A stretch of 64,000 bases of DNA from Candidatus Collierbacteria bacterium GW2011_GWC2_44_18 (GCA_001000865.1 LCIE01000002.1:32992-96991), one strand, 5' to 3'; positions 30,499 through 39,833 are shown, counted from the stretch's first letter. A program made the numbers and translations. The notes: generated from the sequence alone by a model not told the origin.

Positions 30499-31047
30499 AT
30501 GAGCCGCATAGGACGCAAACCACTACATCTTCCTTCTACCGTCACCTTCGAAAAGACAGCCACTACCCTGAAATTTACCGGTCCTAAGGGCACTTTGGAG
30601 TCTGTTCTTCCTGAAGGTATTAAGCTCGAAGAAAAAGATGGAGTCTTAAAATTCACTCGTGAAAGCGATATTCCGGCAGTCAGAGCTCTTCATGGTTTGG
30701 CTCAGCGCTTGGCACAAAATGCCATCCTCGGGGTCACTGACGGTTTCTTCAAAGACTTACTCTTGATTGGAACAGGTTATCGTGTTGCCCCCCACGCCGA
30801 TGGCCTCTCACTTTCCGTTGGTTACTCTCACCCCGTCATCTTCAATAAAGTTCCTGGCGTTACCATCACTACGGAAGGTCAAGATAAAATCAAAGTCACC
30901 GGTATCGACAAACAGCTTGTCGGTCAAGTGGCCGCTAATATCAGAGCGGTCAGAAAGCCAGAACCGTACAAAGGTAAGGGTATCCGTTATGCCGACGAAG
31001 TCGTTCTCAAAAAACAAGGCAAGACTGCCACCAAAACCGCCGCCTAA
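30499..31047 (+). CDS. rplF: 50S ribosomal protein L6
   Basis: MSRIG, GYSHP, RKPEPYKGKGIRY. Confidence 0.97.
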   Translation: MSRIGRKPLHLPSTVTFEKTATTLKFTGPKGTLESVLPEGIKLEEKDGVLKFTRESDIPAVRALHGLAQRLAQNAILGVTDGFFKDLLLIGTGYRVAPHADGLSLSVGYSHPVIFNKVPGVTITTEGQDKIKVTGIDKQLVGQVAANIRAVRKPEPYKGKGIRYADEVVLKKQGKTATKTAA

Positions 31048-31053
31048 AAACAT

Positions 31054-31398
31054 ATGAACAAACACTTAACCAGTCAACAAATCAGAGCCGGCCGGATTCG
31101 CGCCAAGCTTCTTTCGGTCACCACGAGACCCCGCCTGACCGTCAACCGCTCAAACTCCCACATCTTTGCTCAAATTCTTGATCAAAGTGGTAAAGTGGTC
31201 GTGGCTTTTGGTTCACAAGCCCTCAAGAAGTTCAAAGGCAACAAAACCGAAATGGCTACCGAAGTCGGCAAAAAATTGGGTGAAATGGCTAAAGAAAAAA
31301 AGGTCTCCACTGTCGTCTTCGATCGTGGTTCCTACCGTTTCCACGGCCGTGTCAAAGCTTTAGCCGAAGCCGTCCGTGCCTCCGGTCTCAAATTCTAA
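31054..31398 (+). CDS. rplR: 50S ribosomal protein L18
   Basis: RPRL.V.RSN, VFDRG.Y.FHGRVKALA. Confidence 0.97.
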   Translation: MNKHLTSQQIRAGRIRAKLLSVTTRPRLTVNRSNSHIFAQILDQSGKVVVAFGSQALKKFKGNKTEMATEVGKKLGEMAKEKKVSTVVFDRGSYRFHGRVKALAEAVRASGLKF

Positions 31399-31405
31399 AC
31401 CCACC

Positions 31406-31442
31406 GTCATTGCGCGATTCGGTACTCCGAACCAAAGCAATC
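31406..31442 (+). repeat. Family A palindrome
   Basis: gtcattgcgcgattcggtactccgaaccaaagcaatc. Confidence 0.8.
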
Positions 31443-31484
31443 CAGAAAAATATAAAATATAAAATATAAAATACAAAATAAAAA

Positions 31485-32003
31485 ATGGCATACTCAGGCA
31501 ACACCAATAATTCCAATCGAGGCGGCGGTCGTCCCGCACCCGAAGGTTTCGAGCAGGTTCTCGAAATTCGTCGTGTCAGCAAGAAGACACAGGGAGGCAC
31601 CAACGTCTCTTTTTCTGCACTCGTGGTTACCGGTGACAAAAAAGGTAAAGTCGGTCTTGGTTTAGCCAAAGCCCCAAACGTAGCCGATGCTATCAAAAAA
31701 GCTATCCGTCTCGGTAATCGCGATCTTGTTCAGGTTCCTTTGGTCGAAGGCACCATTCCTTACGAAACTATCTCCAAGTACGGTGCCGCCAAAGTTCTCT
31801 TCCGCCCGGCCCCCAAGGGTACCGGCCTCATCGCCGGCTCTTCTGTCCGCGCAGTGGTCGAAGCCGCCGGTATCACCGACATTGTTTGCAAGGTCATGGG
31901 TACCAACAACAAAACCAGCAACGCCAGGGCTACTTTCAAAGCCCTCAAACAAATCGAAGTTCTAGCCAAGAAATATCAAATGCTCAAGGCACTTAGAGCC
32001 TAA
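31485..32003 (+). CDS. rpsE: 30S ribosomal protein S5
   Basis: RVSK...GG..SFSALVV.GD, PAP.GTGLIAG. Confidence 0.97.
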   Translation: MAYSGNTNNSNRGGGRPAPEGFEQVLEIRRVSKKTQGGTNVSFSALVVTGDKKGKVGLGLAKAPNVADAIKKAIRLGNRDLVQVPLVEGTIPYETISKYGAAKVLFRPAPKGTGLIAGSSVRAVVEAAGITDIVCKVMGTNNKTSNARATFKALKQIEVLAKKYQMLKALRA

Positions 32004-32008
32004 AGACT

Positions 32009-32455
32009 ATGTTTTTATCCAACCTCCCCAAACTCAGCAAAACTCCCAAAAAGCGTCTCGGTCGCGGCTTTGGTTCAGGCGTCGGTGGTCACACCGTCGG
32101 TCGTGGTCAAAAAGGTCAAAAAACTCGTGGCAAGATGCCTCTCTGGTTCGAAGGTGGTCAGTTACCTCTTATTCGCCGTACTCCTTTCATCAAGGGTAAG
32201 CACCGTTTCCAGGTTATCAAGCTTCAGCCCATTACGGTCAACTTTGACCGCCTGGACAAGTTCGACGCCAACTCCGTCATCGATCCCTTATTCCTAGCTA
32301 CGGCCCTAAAGGTGAGCGAAAAGGAAGCCAAACGTGGCTTCAAGATTATCGCCACCGGTAAGCTCACCAAAGCCCTCCAAATCGCCGTTCCCGCCTCCGC
32401 AGGGGCTATCAAAGCCATCGAAACCGCCGGCGGCAAATATCTCCCCACCAAATAA
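32009..32455 (+). CDS. rplO: 50S ribosomal protein L15
   Basis: RLGRG.GSG, GRGQKGQK.R, FEGGQ.PL.RR.P. Confidence 0.96.
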   Translation: MFLSNLPKLSKTPKKRLGRGFGSGVGGHTVGRGQKGQKTRGKMPLWFEGGQLPLIRRTPFIKGKHRFQVIKLQPITVNFDRLDKFDANSVIDPLFLATALKVSEKEAKRGFKIIATGKLTKALQIAVPASAGAIKAIETAGGKYLPTK

Positions 32456-32464
32456 ATCCCTCCC

Positions 32465-32490
32465 GTAGGGGCGGGCCCTCGCGCCCGCCC
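32465..32490 (+). repeat. Family B GTAG palindrome
   Basis: gtaggggcgggccctcgcgcccgccc. Confidence 0.8.
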
Positions 32491-32579
32491 GAAATCATTG
32501 GAAAGCCCCTCTCTTGAAAATCACCCTATATTATAGTATAATGTCCGTCATATCCTAATTCACTTTGACAGTAGTATCG

Positions 32580-32972
32580 ATGAAGAAGTTACTCGACAGT
32601 TTCTGTGTACTGATTAAGCAAGCCATCGAAGCCGCCCAGGACCTCTGGTACGGCAAGGTTCAAGTAAAGGCCAGCCCGTTAATTGATGAAGATGTCGCTG
32701 TAGACGATGCCTTTTTCACGGTGGTTGATCGTGTTATTCTGGCCGTTGAAGAGGGTAATCTCAAACTTGACAGGTCAAAAGTGATCGATGATTGCCTGTT
32801 TTTACTATACGAATACGAAAACAAGGTTGAATTCATCGTTGTTGAACCATACGAAAAGCAAGTTTTTAATTCAACCGAACCCAACTTCACCAACTTACGG
32901 CCATCACTCGTCACAATCGAACTCAAGAGACGACTGACAGAAGTCATGAAACAATGGTTCGAAGGTATCTAA
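32580..32972 (+). CDS. Orphan protein, paralog 1 of a tandem pair
   Basis: TTGAAA-17-TATAAT promoter at 32514-32542; similar by eye to the next ORF. Confidence 0.65.
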   Translation: MKKLLDSFCVLIKQAIEAAQDLWYGKVQVKASPLIDEDVAVDDAFFTVVDRVILAVEEGNLKLDRSKVIDDCLFLLYEYENKVEFIVVEPYEKQVFNSTEPNFTNLRPSLVTIELKRRLTEVMKQWFEGI

Positions 32973-33331
32973 TGGAAGACCTAATTAGTTTCATCGGTGG
33001 ACAGGCTGTAGCCGAGAAATCTTCTCAATATGATTTTCTGGTCAAGTTTTTTAAACTCGTCTCGAGATGTATCAATGCCGGCGAGACCAAACTTCGCTTG
33101 GAACATTCAAAGATTAAAGATCGGGTCTTTTTCCTCAAAATGGCCGAAGGTGGATATCTGGCCATCAAGCCGGATGAGCTTAAGATCTTTGAAGCCGATG
33201 AAGATATGCAAATCCTTAAGAAGGATTTTGCACTTCCGTACGAAAATCTTATAGCTACTTACACCGAGCTTAGAGCACGATTAGTTTATCGTCTCGCAAC
33301 CACTAAACTAAGCAGACAACCGTTAGGGTAA
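32972..33331 (+). CDS. Orphan protein, paralog 2 of a tandem pair
   Basis: TAATG coupling, GAAGGT SD-like site, terminator 33346-33373. Confidence 0.65.
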   Translation: MEDLISFIGGQAVAEKSSQYDFLVKFFKLVSRCINAGETKLRLEHSKIKDRVFFLKMAEGGYLAIKPDELKIFEADEDMQILKKDFALPYENLIATYTELRARLVYRLATTKLSRQPLG

Positions 33332-33392
33332 AATCATTAACCTATCCACCCACCCCTAACCGGGTGGTTTTTTGTGGCTTATACTTGAAGCA

Positions 33393-34289
33393 ATGGATTC
33401 GATCAAAAAGATTATCACCGAACTCTCTGTGTTTTCCCCTCGGCAAGGCGAAAATGAAATCAAGGCGGCCAAATATATCGAATCTTTTCTCAGTTCCCAT
33501 AACGTCGACTTTTCGGTACAAACATTTAAAACTGAGGTGTCTATCACCATAAGTGCAGAGTTATTTTTAGATGATCATCAAATTCCCTGTTTGGGTGGCT
33601 CTTTTGAGAGTGGAAAAATCACGTCCGCCTCTCAGGTTCATTTTAGTCCTTATTCTAATTATATTGAAACCATAAACTACCCCTCTGATCCCGGCGTTCA
33701 TATTTCTAGAGCCAACAAATCATTATTAGAAAAGGCGGTTAAAATTTCCGGTGAGGTTATGGTCGAAGAGTTTTTCTTCCTCTCAAAAAACATTTTAGTG
33801 GGGAACGCGGTAAACCCCGAAAAAATAGTTTTCGCTCATTACGATTCACTTGGCGGTGGGGCTCTCGATAACGCCGGCAGTGTCGCCATCTGTCTAAATC
33901 TCTTAACTGAGAACCGTGATTTGATATCTGAGAACTTATTCGTTTTTGTCGGTAATGAAGAACTTTCCTACGACTCCCCCGAATATTGGGGCAAGGGTTA
34001 TCGCGAGTTTGAAAAACAATATCTGGATTTACTGAACTTCGCTAAAGAAATAATTGTCGTCGATGGGGTTGGCGTCACCACACCACAGACAATCACTGAG
34101 AACATAGAGGACGCCTTTCCCGTTCGGAATCTCAGCACTCTCATTTCAAAAGTTACTTGGATTTCCAGCATCCAGTCCGAAGTCCTGAAATGCTACCACT
34201 GCCTAGAAGACACCCCAGACAAATTAAACCAGGTTTTTCTCAGCCAATCCCAATCAATGATTAAACAAAAACTTCTAAACTCAGTCTGA
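33393..34289 (+). CDS. M28-family zinc peptidase-like protein
   Basis: AHYDS, GALDNAGSV, NEE, YH..EDT. Confidence 0.8.
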   Translation: MDSIKKIITELSVFSPRQGENEIKAAKYIESFLSSHNVDFSVQTFKTEVSITISAELFLDDHQIPCLGGSFESGKITSASQVHFSPYSNYIETINYPSDPGVHISRANKSLLEKAVKISGEVMVEEFFFLSKNILVGNAVNPEKIVFAHYDSLGGGALDNAGSVAICLNLLTENRDLISENLFVFVGNEELSYDSPEYWGKGYREFEKQYLDLLNFAKEIIVVDGVGVTTPQTITENIEDAFPVRNLSTLISKVTWISSIQSEVLKCYHCLEDTPDKLNQVFLSQSQSMIKQKLLNSV

Positions 34290-34312
34290 GCTGGTAGAAT
34301 AGATCTCACGAT

Positions 34313-35593
34313 ATGAATAATATATTAGCTCCTTTGCGCGCCCTATTTAAGATAAAAGATCTTAGAAACAGATTGATTTTTACTGCTATTGTCATCGCCA
34401 TTTTCCGTTTGGTTGCCCACATCCCCGCGCCAGGGATCAACTTAGCCGCCCTCAAAGGACTCTTCGATTCATCTGCCTTTCTTTCTTTACTAGATGTCTT
34501 TTCCGGTGGCACTCTGACAAATTTTTCCGTCATGGCCCTTGGTCTCAATCCTTACATCAACGCCTCCATTATTATGCAGATGCTCGGCATGGTAGTTCCC
34601 AAGCTGGAAGAGCTTCAGAAGGAAGGCGACTACGGTCGCCAAAAAATCAATCAATACACTCGTCTTCTTACTATTCCACTTTGTTTCTTTCAGGGTATCG
34701 CTTTGATCATGCTTCTCCGGGGACAAGGACTTACTACTACTGCTGATCCGCTAAAGTTGGCTTCTATTGTTTTCACTCTTGCCGCCGGCACTTCTTTTTT
34801 AATCTGGCTCGGTGAACAATTAAATGAATACGGCGTTGGCAACGGTATTAGTTTAATAATCTTCGTTGGTATCGTCACTAGACTACCGGTCGCCGCCGCT
34901 CAAGTTCTTACCACTATCGATCCTTCCCAGATATTTACTTATTTAATCTTTGGTTTTTTTGCGGCCGCCTCTGTCTACGCTATCGTCCGAGTTGGGGAAG
35001 CCGTTCGGGAAGTTCCGATTCAATCAGCCAGACGCGGGGCTTCCTTCACTTCTGTCGTTGGCAATCACCTACCACTTCGTCTCAATCAGGCTGGCGTCAT
35101 CCCGATTATCTTTGCCGTTTCTTTCATGTTGATTCCTAACCTTTTAAGCCGTGTCTTTTCTGGTTCCAGCCAACCAGTTCTTGCTCAAATCTCCAGAAAT
35201 GTTGGGCTTTTCTTGGCACCTAATACGGTTCTTTATAATGTTCTTTATTTTGTCTTGGTTGTCGCTTTTTGTTATTTCTATACTGCAGTTGTTTTTAATC
35301 CGGAAAAAATTGCCAAAGATCTTCGCTCTTCCGGCTCCTTCATTCCCGGTGTTCGCCCGGGTCCCAACACAGTTGATTATCTCAACTTTGTTTTAAACAG
35401 AATTACTTTGGTAGGAGCCTCTTTCCTAGGTCTTGTCGCCATCTTCCCCTCCATTATTTCCGGAGTTACCGGCATCACCTCCATCGCCATAGGAGGAACG
35501 GGTATCTTAATTGTCGTTTCTGTTGTTTTGGAAATTCTTAAGACAATCAACTCTCAGCTCTACATGTACAGTTACGACAAATTTCTAGACTAA
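34313..35593 (+). CDS. secY: Preprotein translocase SecY
   Basis: [41 protein letters not shown]. Confidence 0.98.
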   Translation: MNNILAPLRALFKIKDLRNRLIFTAIVIAIFRLVAHIPAPGINLAALKGLFDSSAFLSLLDVFSGGTLTNFSVMALGLNPYINASIIMQMLGMVVPKLEELQKEGDYGRQKINQYTRLLTIPLCFFQGIALIMLLRGQGLTTTADPLKLASIVFTLAAGTSFLIWLGEQLNEYGVGNGISLIIFVGIVTRLPVAAAQVLTTIDPSQIFTYLIFGFFAAASVYAIVRVGEAVREVPIQSARRGASFTSVVGNHLPLRLNQAGVIPIIFAVSFMLIPNLLSRVFSGSSQPVLAQISRNVGLFLAPNTVLYNVLYFVLVVAFCYFYTAVVFNPEKIAKDLRSSGSFIPGVRPGPNTVDYLNFVLNRITLVGASFLGLVAIFPSIISGVTGITSIAIGGTGILIVVSVVLEILKTINSQLYMYSYDKFLD

Positions 35594-35598
35594 TAATT

Positions 35599-35629
35599 GT
35601 CATTGCGAGGAGTACTCGACGCGGCAATC
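35599..35629 (+). repeat. Family A palindrome
   Basis: gtcattgcgaggagtactcgacgcggcaatc. Confidence 0.8.
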
Positions 35630-35645
35630 TGTAAATATACACTAA

Positions 35646-36206
35646 ATGAACCTCATTATTCTCGGACCACAAGGCTCAGGCAAAGGTACTCAAGCCAAGT
35701 TACTTGCCGAAAAGTTCGGATATGTTCATGTGTCATCCGGATCTCGCCTTCGTGAATTCGCCAAGAACGGAACCCCCAAAGGAGATTTAATCGCTGATCT
35801 CCTAACTACGGGGGAACTCATGCCCTTTGATACGGTCATGGAAGTTATCGAGCCGGATCTTCTGGGTGCCAAGCACGGTTTTATCTTAGACGGTACCCCT
35901 AGAAACTTAATGCAAGCAGAGTATTTGGAATGGTTTCTAAAAGAGCGTGGTCTTTCCATAGATAAGGTAATCCTTCTAAACATTCCGCGAGAAGTCAGTC
36001 TTGACCGTTTGCAAAAACGCGCCAAAATCGAGAATCGTTCCGACGATACTCCGGAAGCCATTCACGCAAGATTGGACATTTATGACAACGAGACCATTCC
36101 TGTCATCGAATATTTTCGCAAACAGGACAAGCTAATCGAAGTCGACGGCACTCCCGATATCCAAACAATCTTTTTGGACATCGTCTCAAAGCTAGAAAAC
36201 AAATAG
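35646..36206 (+). CDS. adk: Adenylate kinase (short LID)
   Basis: GPQGSGKGTQA, LDG.PR, RSDD; position after secY. Confidence 0.93.
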   Translation: MNLIILGPQGSGKGTQAKLLAEKFGYVHVSSGSRLREFAKNGTPKGDLIADLLTTGELMPFDTVMEVIEPDLLGAKHGFILDGTPRNLMQAEYLEWFLKERGLSIDKVILLNIPREVSLDRLQKRAKIENRSDDTPEAIHARLDIYDNETIPVIEYFRKQDKLIEVDGTPDIQTIFLDIVSKLENK

Positions 36207-36211
36207 TTCTC

Positions 36212-36250
36212 GTCATTCCGAACCAAAACCCTACCTGTCGGCAGGAATCC
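36212..36250 (+). repeat. Family A' element with degenerate CCTGCC palindrome
   Basis: gtcattccg...cctacctgtcggcaggaatcc. Confidence 0.6.
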
Positions 36251-36324
36251 CCACGGCTGAGATTACAGAAAAGGAGTGTGATATAATACCCTATATAGTC
36301 TTGTAATTTGATAAAGGAGCTAAC

Positions 36325-36687
36325 ATGTTTTTACAGATTCTCTACGCGTCTGATCGTAAGGTTGAAGCTGAAGAGTTTTTAAAGAATCTTATTCAACGGT
36401 CATTTTCTTGTATGATGTTGGGGGAAGAAGATACCCCACCGTTGGGAATAAGCAAACCTGTAGTTTTGGTCCTCATTAGCCCAGGACTTCTGGGGAGCGA
36501 GTATCTGAAAGGACTGATGGATTTGGCAATTATGTGTGATTGCTTTATGCCTATTATCATCGGGCAGCCAGAAGCAGAACTACCGCTCAGGGTCAAGATC
36601 TATTCTGTAATTAACTTAAACCATCCCTACACTCGTGCCGCCGAGTTTGAGCGTCTCGTCCGGTCAATTATGCATAAGTACCTCTAA
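36325..36687 (+). CDS. Degenerate TIR-like domain protein
   Basis: ILYAS..EA..F..L, VVLVLISP.LL.SEY, FMPII...LP; AAGGAG SD; terminator 36687-36709. Confidence 0.6.
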   Translation: MFLQILYASDRKVEAEEFLKNLIQRSFSCMMLGEEDTPPLGISKPVVLVLISPGLLGSEYLKGLMDLAIMCDCFMPIIIGQPEAELPLRVKIYSVINLNHPYTRAAEFERLVRSIMHKYL

Positions 36688-36748
36688 GCCTCCGGAAGGG
36701 GGCTTTTTTATGTCTACAAGTTTCGCACTTACACCGTACCTAACAGAT

Positions 36749-36799
36749 GTCATGCCGGACCTGATAGGGCCGCTGGTCCCCGAAGGGGGAAATCCATCC
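36749..36799 (+). repeat. Family C composite element
   Basis: gtcatgccggacctgatagggccgctggtccccgaagggggaaatccatcc, near-identical to 52440-52490. Confidence 0.8.
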
Positions 36800-36834
36800 C
36801 ATCACTCCGAATAAATAAATGTAAAATATACCCA

Positions 36835-37569
36835 ATGACAAAATACCAAGCCATGACCGAAGGGGGCAAGAAACTCGGCCACATCAAAGGCCTCTTGGCT
36901 GGCATGGTCAAAGAGGGTGTTACGCCTCTGGAAATCGATGCTCAGGTAGAAAAACTGATTAAGGAAGGGGGCGACAAGCCGAACTTCAAAATGGAGCCAG
37001 GTTACCACCACTCCACCTGCATCAACGTTAACCAAGGCATTGTCCACGGCATACCTGGCGATATTCCTTTCAAAGCAGGAGACGTAGTCAAAATAGACAT
37101 GGGCCTCTTCCACGAAGGCTATCACCTGGATACTTCTATTACTGTAGCTATTCCACCGGTTTCTCACTCCGTGGCCAAATTCCTAGAGGTCTGTCAGAGC
37201 TCGCTCGACGCCGCCATTTTCGAGGCCATTCCCGGGCATACCGTTTACGATATCAGCTTAGCTATGCAAACCGTGGTGGAGACAGCCGGGTACAACGTCA
37301 TCCGGGATCTCACCGGGCACGGAATAGGAAGGAAGCTCCACATGGAGCCATATATTCCTTGTTTTGCCGACAATAAGAGTAAGAAGTTTGTCCTTTCTGT
37401 CGACCAGACGGTCGCCATCGAGGCCATGGTCGCCATAGGGGATTGGCACTTGGTCGAGGACCCGGACGGTTGGACTCTTTCCACTCAGGACGGTTCTATT
37501 ACGGCTATGATCGAAGAAACCGTTTACATCACCCCCGAAGGCCCCAAAATCCTCACAGGCATTAATTAA
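36835..37569 (+). CDS. map: Methionine aminopeptidase type I
   Basis: CINVN..IVHGIP, DMG, GHGIG..LH.EP, AIE. Confidence 0.96.
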   Translation: MTKYQAMTEGGKKLGHIKGLLAGMVKEGVTPLEIDAQVEKLIKEGGDKPNFKMEPGYHHSTCINVNQGIVHGIPGDIPFKAGDVVKIDMGLFHEGYHLDTSITVAIPPVSHSVAKFLEVCQSSLDAAIFEAIPGHTVYDISLAMQTVVETAGYNVIRDLTGHGIGRKLHMEPYIPCFADNKSKKFVLSVDQTVAIEAMVAIGDWHLVEDPDGWTLSTQDGSITAMIEETVYITPEGPKILTGIN

Positions 37570-37658
37570 TTACCCCACCCACTCGTTTCTCTCGTTTCCC
37601 TCTCCTTCAGAAGGAGAGAGTGTCGAATTATTGAGACCGGTGGGGTAAGTCAACACAC

Positions 37659-37692
37659 AAAAAACCCGCTTCTCCTGTGAGAAGCGGGTTTT
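37659..37692. terminator. Bidirectional terminator
   Basis: aaaaaacccgcttctc-ctgt-gagaagcgggtttt. Confidence 0.75.
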
Positions 37693-37695
37693 ATA

Positions 37696-37827
37696 CTAGG
37701 GGGCTAGAAAAGCTCGTAAAAGCTCCCCCAACCCTATCAAGCCCGTGCTGGCACAAAAACACCCAATCGCCAGCAGGAACAAAATAAACAAGACCACGAT
37801 TTTCCACAGGGGCATGGTTTTAAACAT
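37696..37827 (-). CDS. 43-aa single-TM orphan peptide (not in the ORF track)
   Basis: MFKTMPLWKIVVLFILFLLAIGCFCASTGLIGLGELLRAFLAP; GGAGG SD; TTGACA-17-TAATAT upstream; terminator downstream. Confidence 0.55.
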   Translation of the reverse strand: MFKTMPLWKIVVLFILFLLAIGCFCASTGLIGLGELLRAFLAP

Positions 37828-37981
37828 TTTTCCTCCAGAACATAAATTTTACGTGCTTAGATAACCCATATATTAGCACAAACCCCTCATTTTGTCAAGA
37901 CTATGGGGTAGCGTTACGTCACAATTCAATTCCATTATGCTAAAATACCCCATATTCTGCTTTTTAAAATTGGAGGTATTC

Positions 37982-38452
37982 ATGGCCAGTCTTATTATTC
38001 TTCACGCAACGGATGCTTCCGACGAAGCTGAGGGGCTTCAAACGCAGTTGTCAGGAGAAGGTATTACTGCGATGACTTTTTCGGAGGTTTTGCTCGAAGG
38101 CCCACTCAATATTGCCGAGCTAGTCGCCTCTTCAGCCGGCGTCATTTTTATTTTGACAAATGGTTTACTGAACGACATGGTTTGTCTAACTATGGCCAAG
38201 CAAGCCATGAAAGCTCAAAAGGGCTTGCCTGTGATTTTCGAGGACATCACCACTCCTGCTTGGTCCGGTCGACCATTCAGGTTAATGCCCAGTGATATGT
38301 ACGAAGTTGAATGGGGTTTCTTCGTAACCCAAATCCGTAGCTACATCAGCTTCGCGGAACTGTGTCGTTCCATTGATGATTCCATGGTAACCGAAACCGC
38401 GGAAGAAGTTTTATCGGAAGAAGGGATCGAATCTGGACCCGAAGTAGTTTAA
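37982..38452 (+). CDS. Degenerate TIR-like domain protein with acidic tail
   Basis: IILHA.D..EA..L..QL..EGI, SSAGVIFILT..LL...C, GLPVIF; GGAGGT SD; terminator 38457-38478. Confidence 0.6.
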   Translation: MASLIILHATDASDEAEGLQTQLSGEGITAMTFSEVLLEGPLNIAELVASSAGVIFILTNGLLNDMVCLTMAKQAMKAQKGLPVIFEDITTPAWSGRPFRLMPSDMYEVEWGFFVTQIRSYISFAELCRSIDDSMVTETAEEVLSEEGIESGPEVV

Positions 38453-38569
38453 GTTCAAGTCCCCGTAAGGGGACTTTTATAGTACAATTGCCCTATCAAG
38501 TGGTCCTCCTCTCCTGGGTCTAGCAATCTGCGCTCAGGTTTGGTAGAATACCACTTGCACAACTTTTAT

Positions 38570-38788
38570 ATGGCTAAAAACCAGATGACTGAGGTAAACG
38601 GAGTCGTCTCCGAGTCGCTACCCAACATGCAGTTTAGGGTGACACTCGATGACGGCAGAGAAATCTTGGCTCATCTTGCTGGTCGAATGCGTCTCCATCG
38701 CATTCGCGTCATGCCCGGCGACAAAGTCAAACTCGAAATGAGTGACTATGACACGGACAAAGGCAGGATAGTTTATAGATCAAGCTAG
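38570..38788 (+). CDS. infA: Translation initiation factor IF-1
   Basis: LPN.QFRV.L, GRMR...IR..PGD.V, KGRIVYR. Confidence 0.97.
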   Translation: MAKNQMTEVNGVVSESLPNMQFRVTLDDGREILAHLAGRMRLHRIRVMPGDKVKLEMSDYDTDKGRIVYRSS

Positions 38789-38835
38789 CTTCGTTTCCCT
38801 CTCAACAATAATTATTTAAATAAACTTAAACGCGC

Positions 38836-38949
38836 ATGCGGGTTCAATCCTCCGTCAGACCTCGTTGTAAAAATTGCAAAATTATTAAACGCCATGGTAA
38901 GGTGTTAGTTATTTGTACCAACCCTCGCCACAAACAGCGACAAGGATAA
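38836..38949 (+). CDS. rpmJ: 50S ribosomal protein L36 (not in the ORF track)
   Basis: [37 protein letters not shown]. Confidence 0.97.
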   Translation: MRVQSSVRPRCKNCKIIKRHGKVLVICTNPRHKQRQG

Positions 38950-38962
38950 ATCATAGAAAAAT

Positions 38963-39394
38963 ATGCCCAGACTTTCAGGTATCGACATTCCAAACGAAAA
39001 ACGAATTGACATTTCCCTTACTTATATCTACGGGATCGGAGAAAAAGTTGCCCACGACATTCTCAAAATAGCCAAAGTAGATCCTAGTATTCGCACCAAG
39101 AATCTTACCGGAGAAGAACTAAAAAATATTCAAGCCGCTATCGAAACAATGCCTACTGAGGGTGAACTGAGAAAAGTTATTCGCGATAATATCGAAACCT
39201 TAAAAAGAATTCAAGCATACCGAGGTGTGAGACACTCCATGGGCCTTCCGGTCAGAGGACAGAGAACCAGAACCAATGCTCGCACCCGAAAAGGGAAGAG
39301 AAAGACCATCGGTGCCATCTCCAAAGAGGCAGCTACTCCAGCAGCAACCCCATCGAAAGCCGCTCCAGCCAAGGCTACTACCGCAAAGAAATAA
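38963..39394 (+). CDS. rpsM: 30S ribosomal protein S13
   Basis: LTYIYGIG, YRG.RH..GLPVRGQRTRTNARTRKG. Confidence 0.98.
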   Translation: MPRLSGIDIPNEKRIDISLTYIYGIGEKVAHDILKIAKVDPSIRTKNLTGEELKNIQAAIETMPTEGELRKVIRDNIETLKRIQAYRGVRHSMGLPVRGQRTRTNARTRKGKRKTIGAISKEAATPAATPSKAAPAKATTAKK

Positions 39395-39403
39395 TTTCTA
39401 AAT

Positions 39404-39823
39404 ATGGCAGAAACAAAACCAACCACCAAACAGCAATCCGTTACTAAAGCCAAAAAGACGTCGGCGATCCACTTTAAGAGCGGTCAGGGGAAAATGTATG
39501 TCAAGTCTACTTTTAACACCACCTATGTCACTTTTACCGATACCAATGGGAACACTATTTGCTGGAGCTCGGCCGGCACTTGTGGTTTCAAAGGCGCCAA
39601 GCGTTCCACTCCTTTTGCCGCTACTACCATTATCGAAGAAGGCATCAGAAAAGCCAAAACCCTAGGTATGACTGGTGTCGACGCCTATTTGAAAGGTCCC
39701 GGTCCAGGTAAAGACGCTGCCCTTCGAGTTTTAAAGACATCTGGTGTCGAAATTAATATGCTGGCCGACACAACTCCCATCCCTCACAACGGCTGTCGCC
39801 CCAGGAAACACCGCAGAGTCTAA
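39404..39823 (+). CDS. rpsK: 30S ribosomal protein S11
   Basis: WSSAG..GFKG...STPFAA, TPIPHNGCRP. Confidence 0.98.
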   Translation: MAETKPTTKQQSVTKAKKTSAIHFKSGQGKMYVKSTFNTTYVTFTDTNGNTICWSSAGTCGFKGAKRSTPFAATTIIEEGIRKAKTLGMTGVDAYLKGPGPGKDAALRVLKTSGVEINMLADTTPIPHNGCRPRKHRRV

Positions 39824-39833
39824 AATATTTACC

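Noticed and set aside
8659-31969. Numerous antisense and alternate-frame ORFs over rpoBC, fusA, tuf and ribosomal protein genes
   Set aside because: They are shadows of conserved genes with biased codon usage and have no motifs or expression signals.
38497-38557. SRP (4.5S) RNA
   Set aside because: The conserved domain IV CAGG-GNRA-AGCAG signature is absent.
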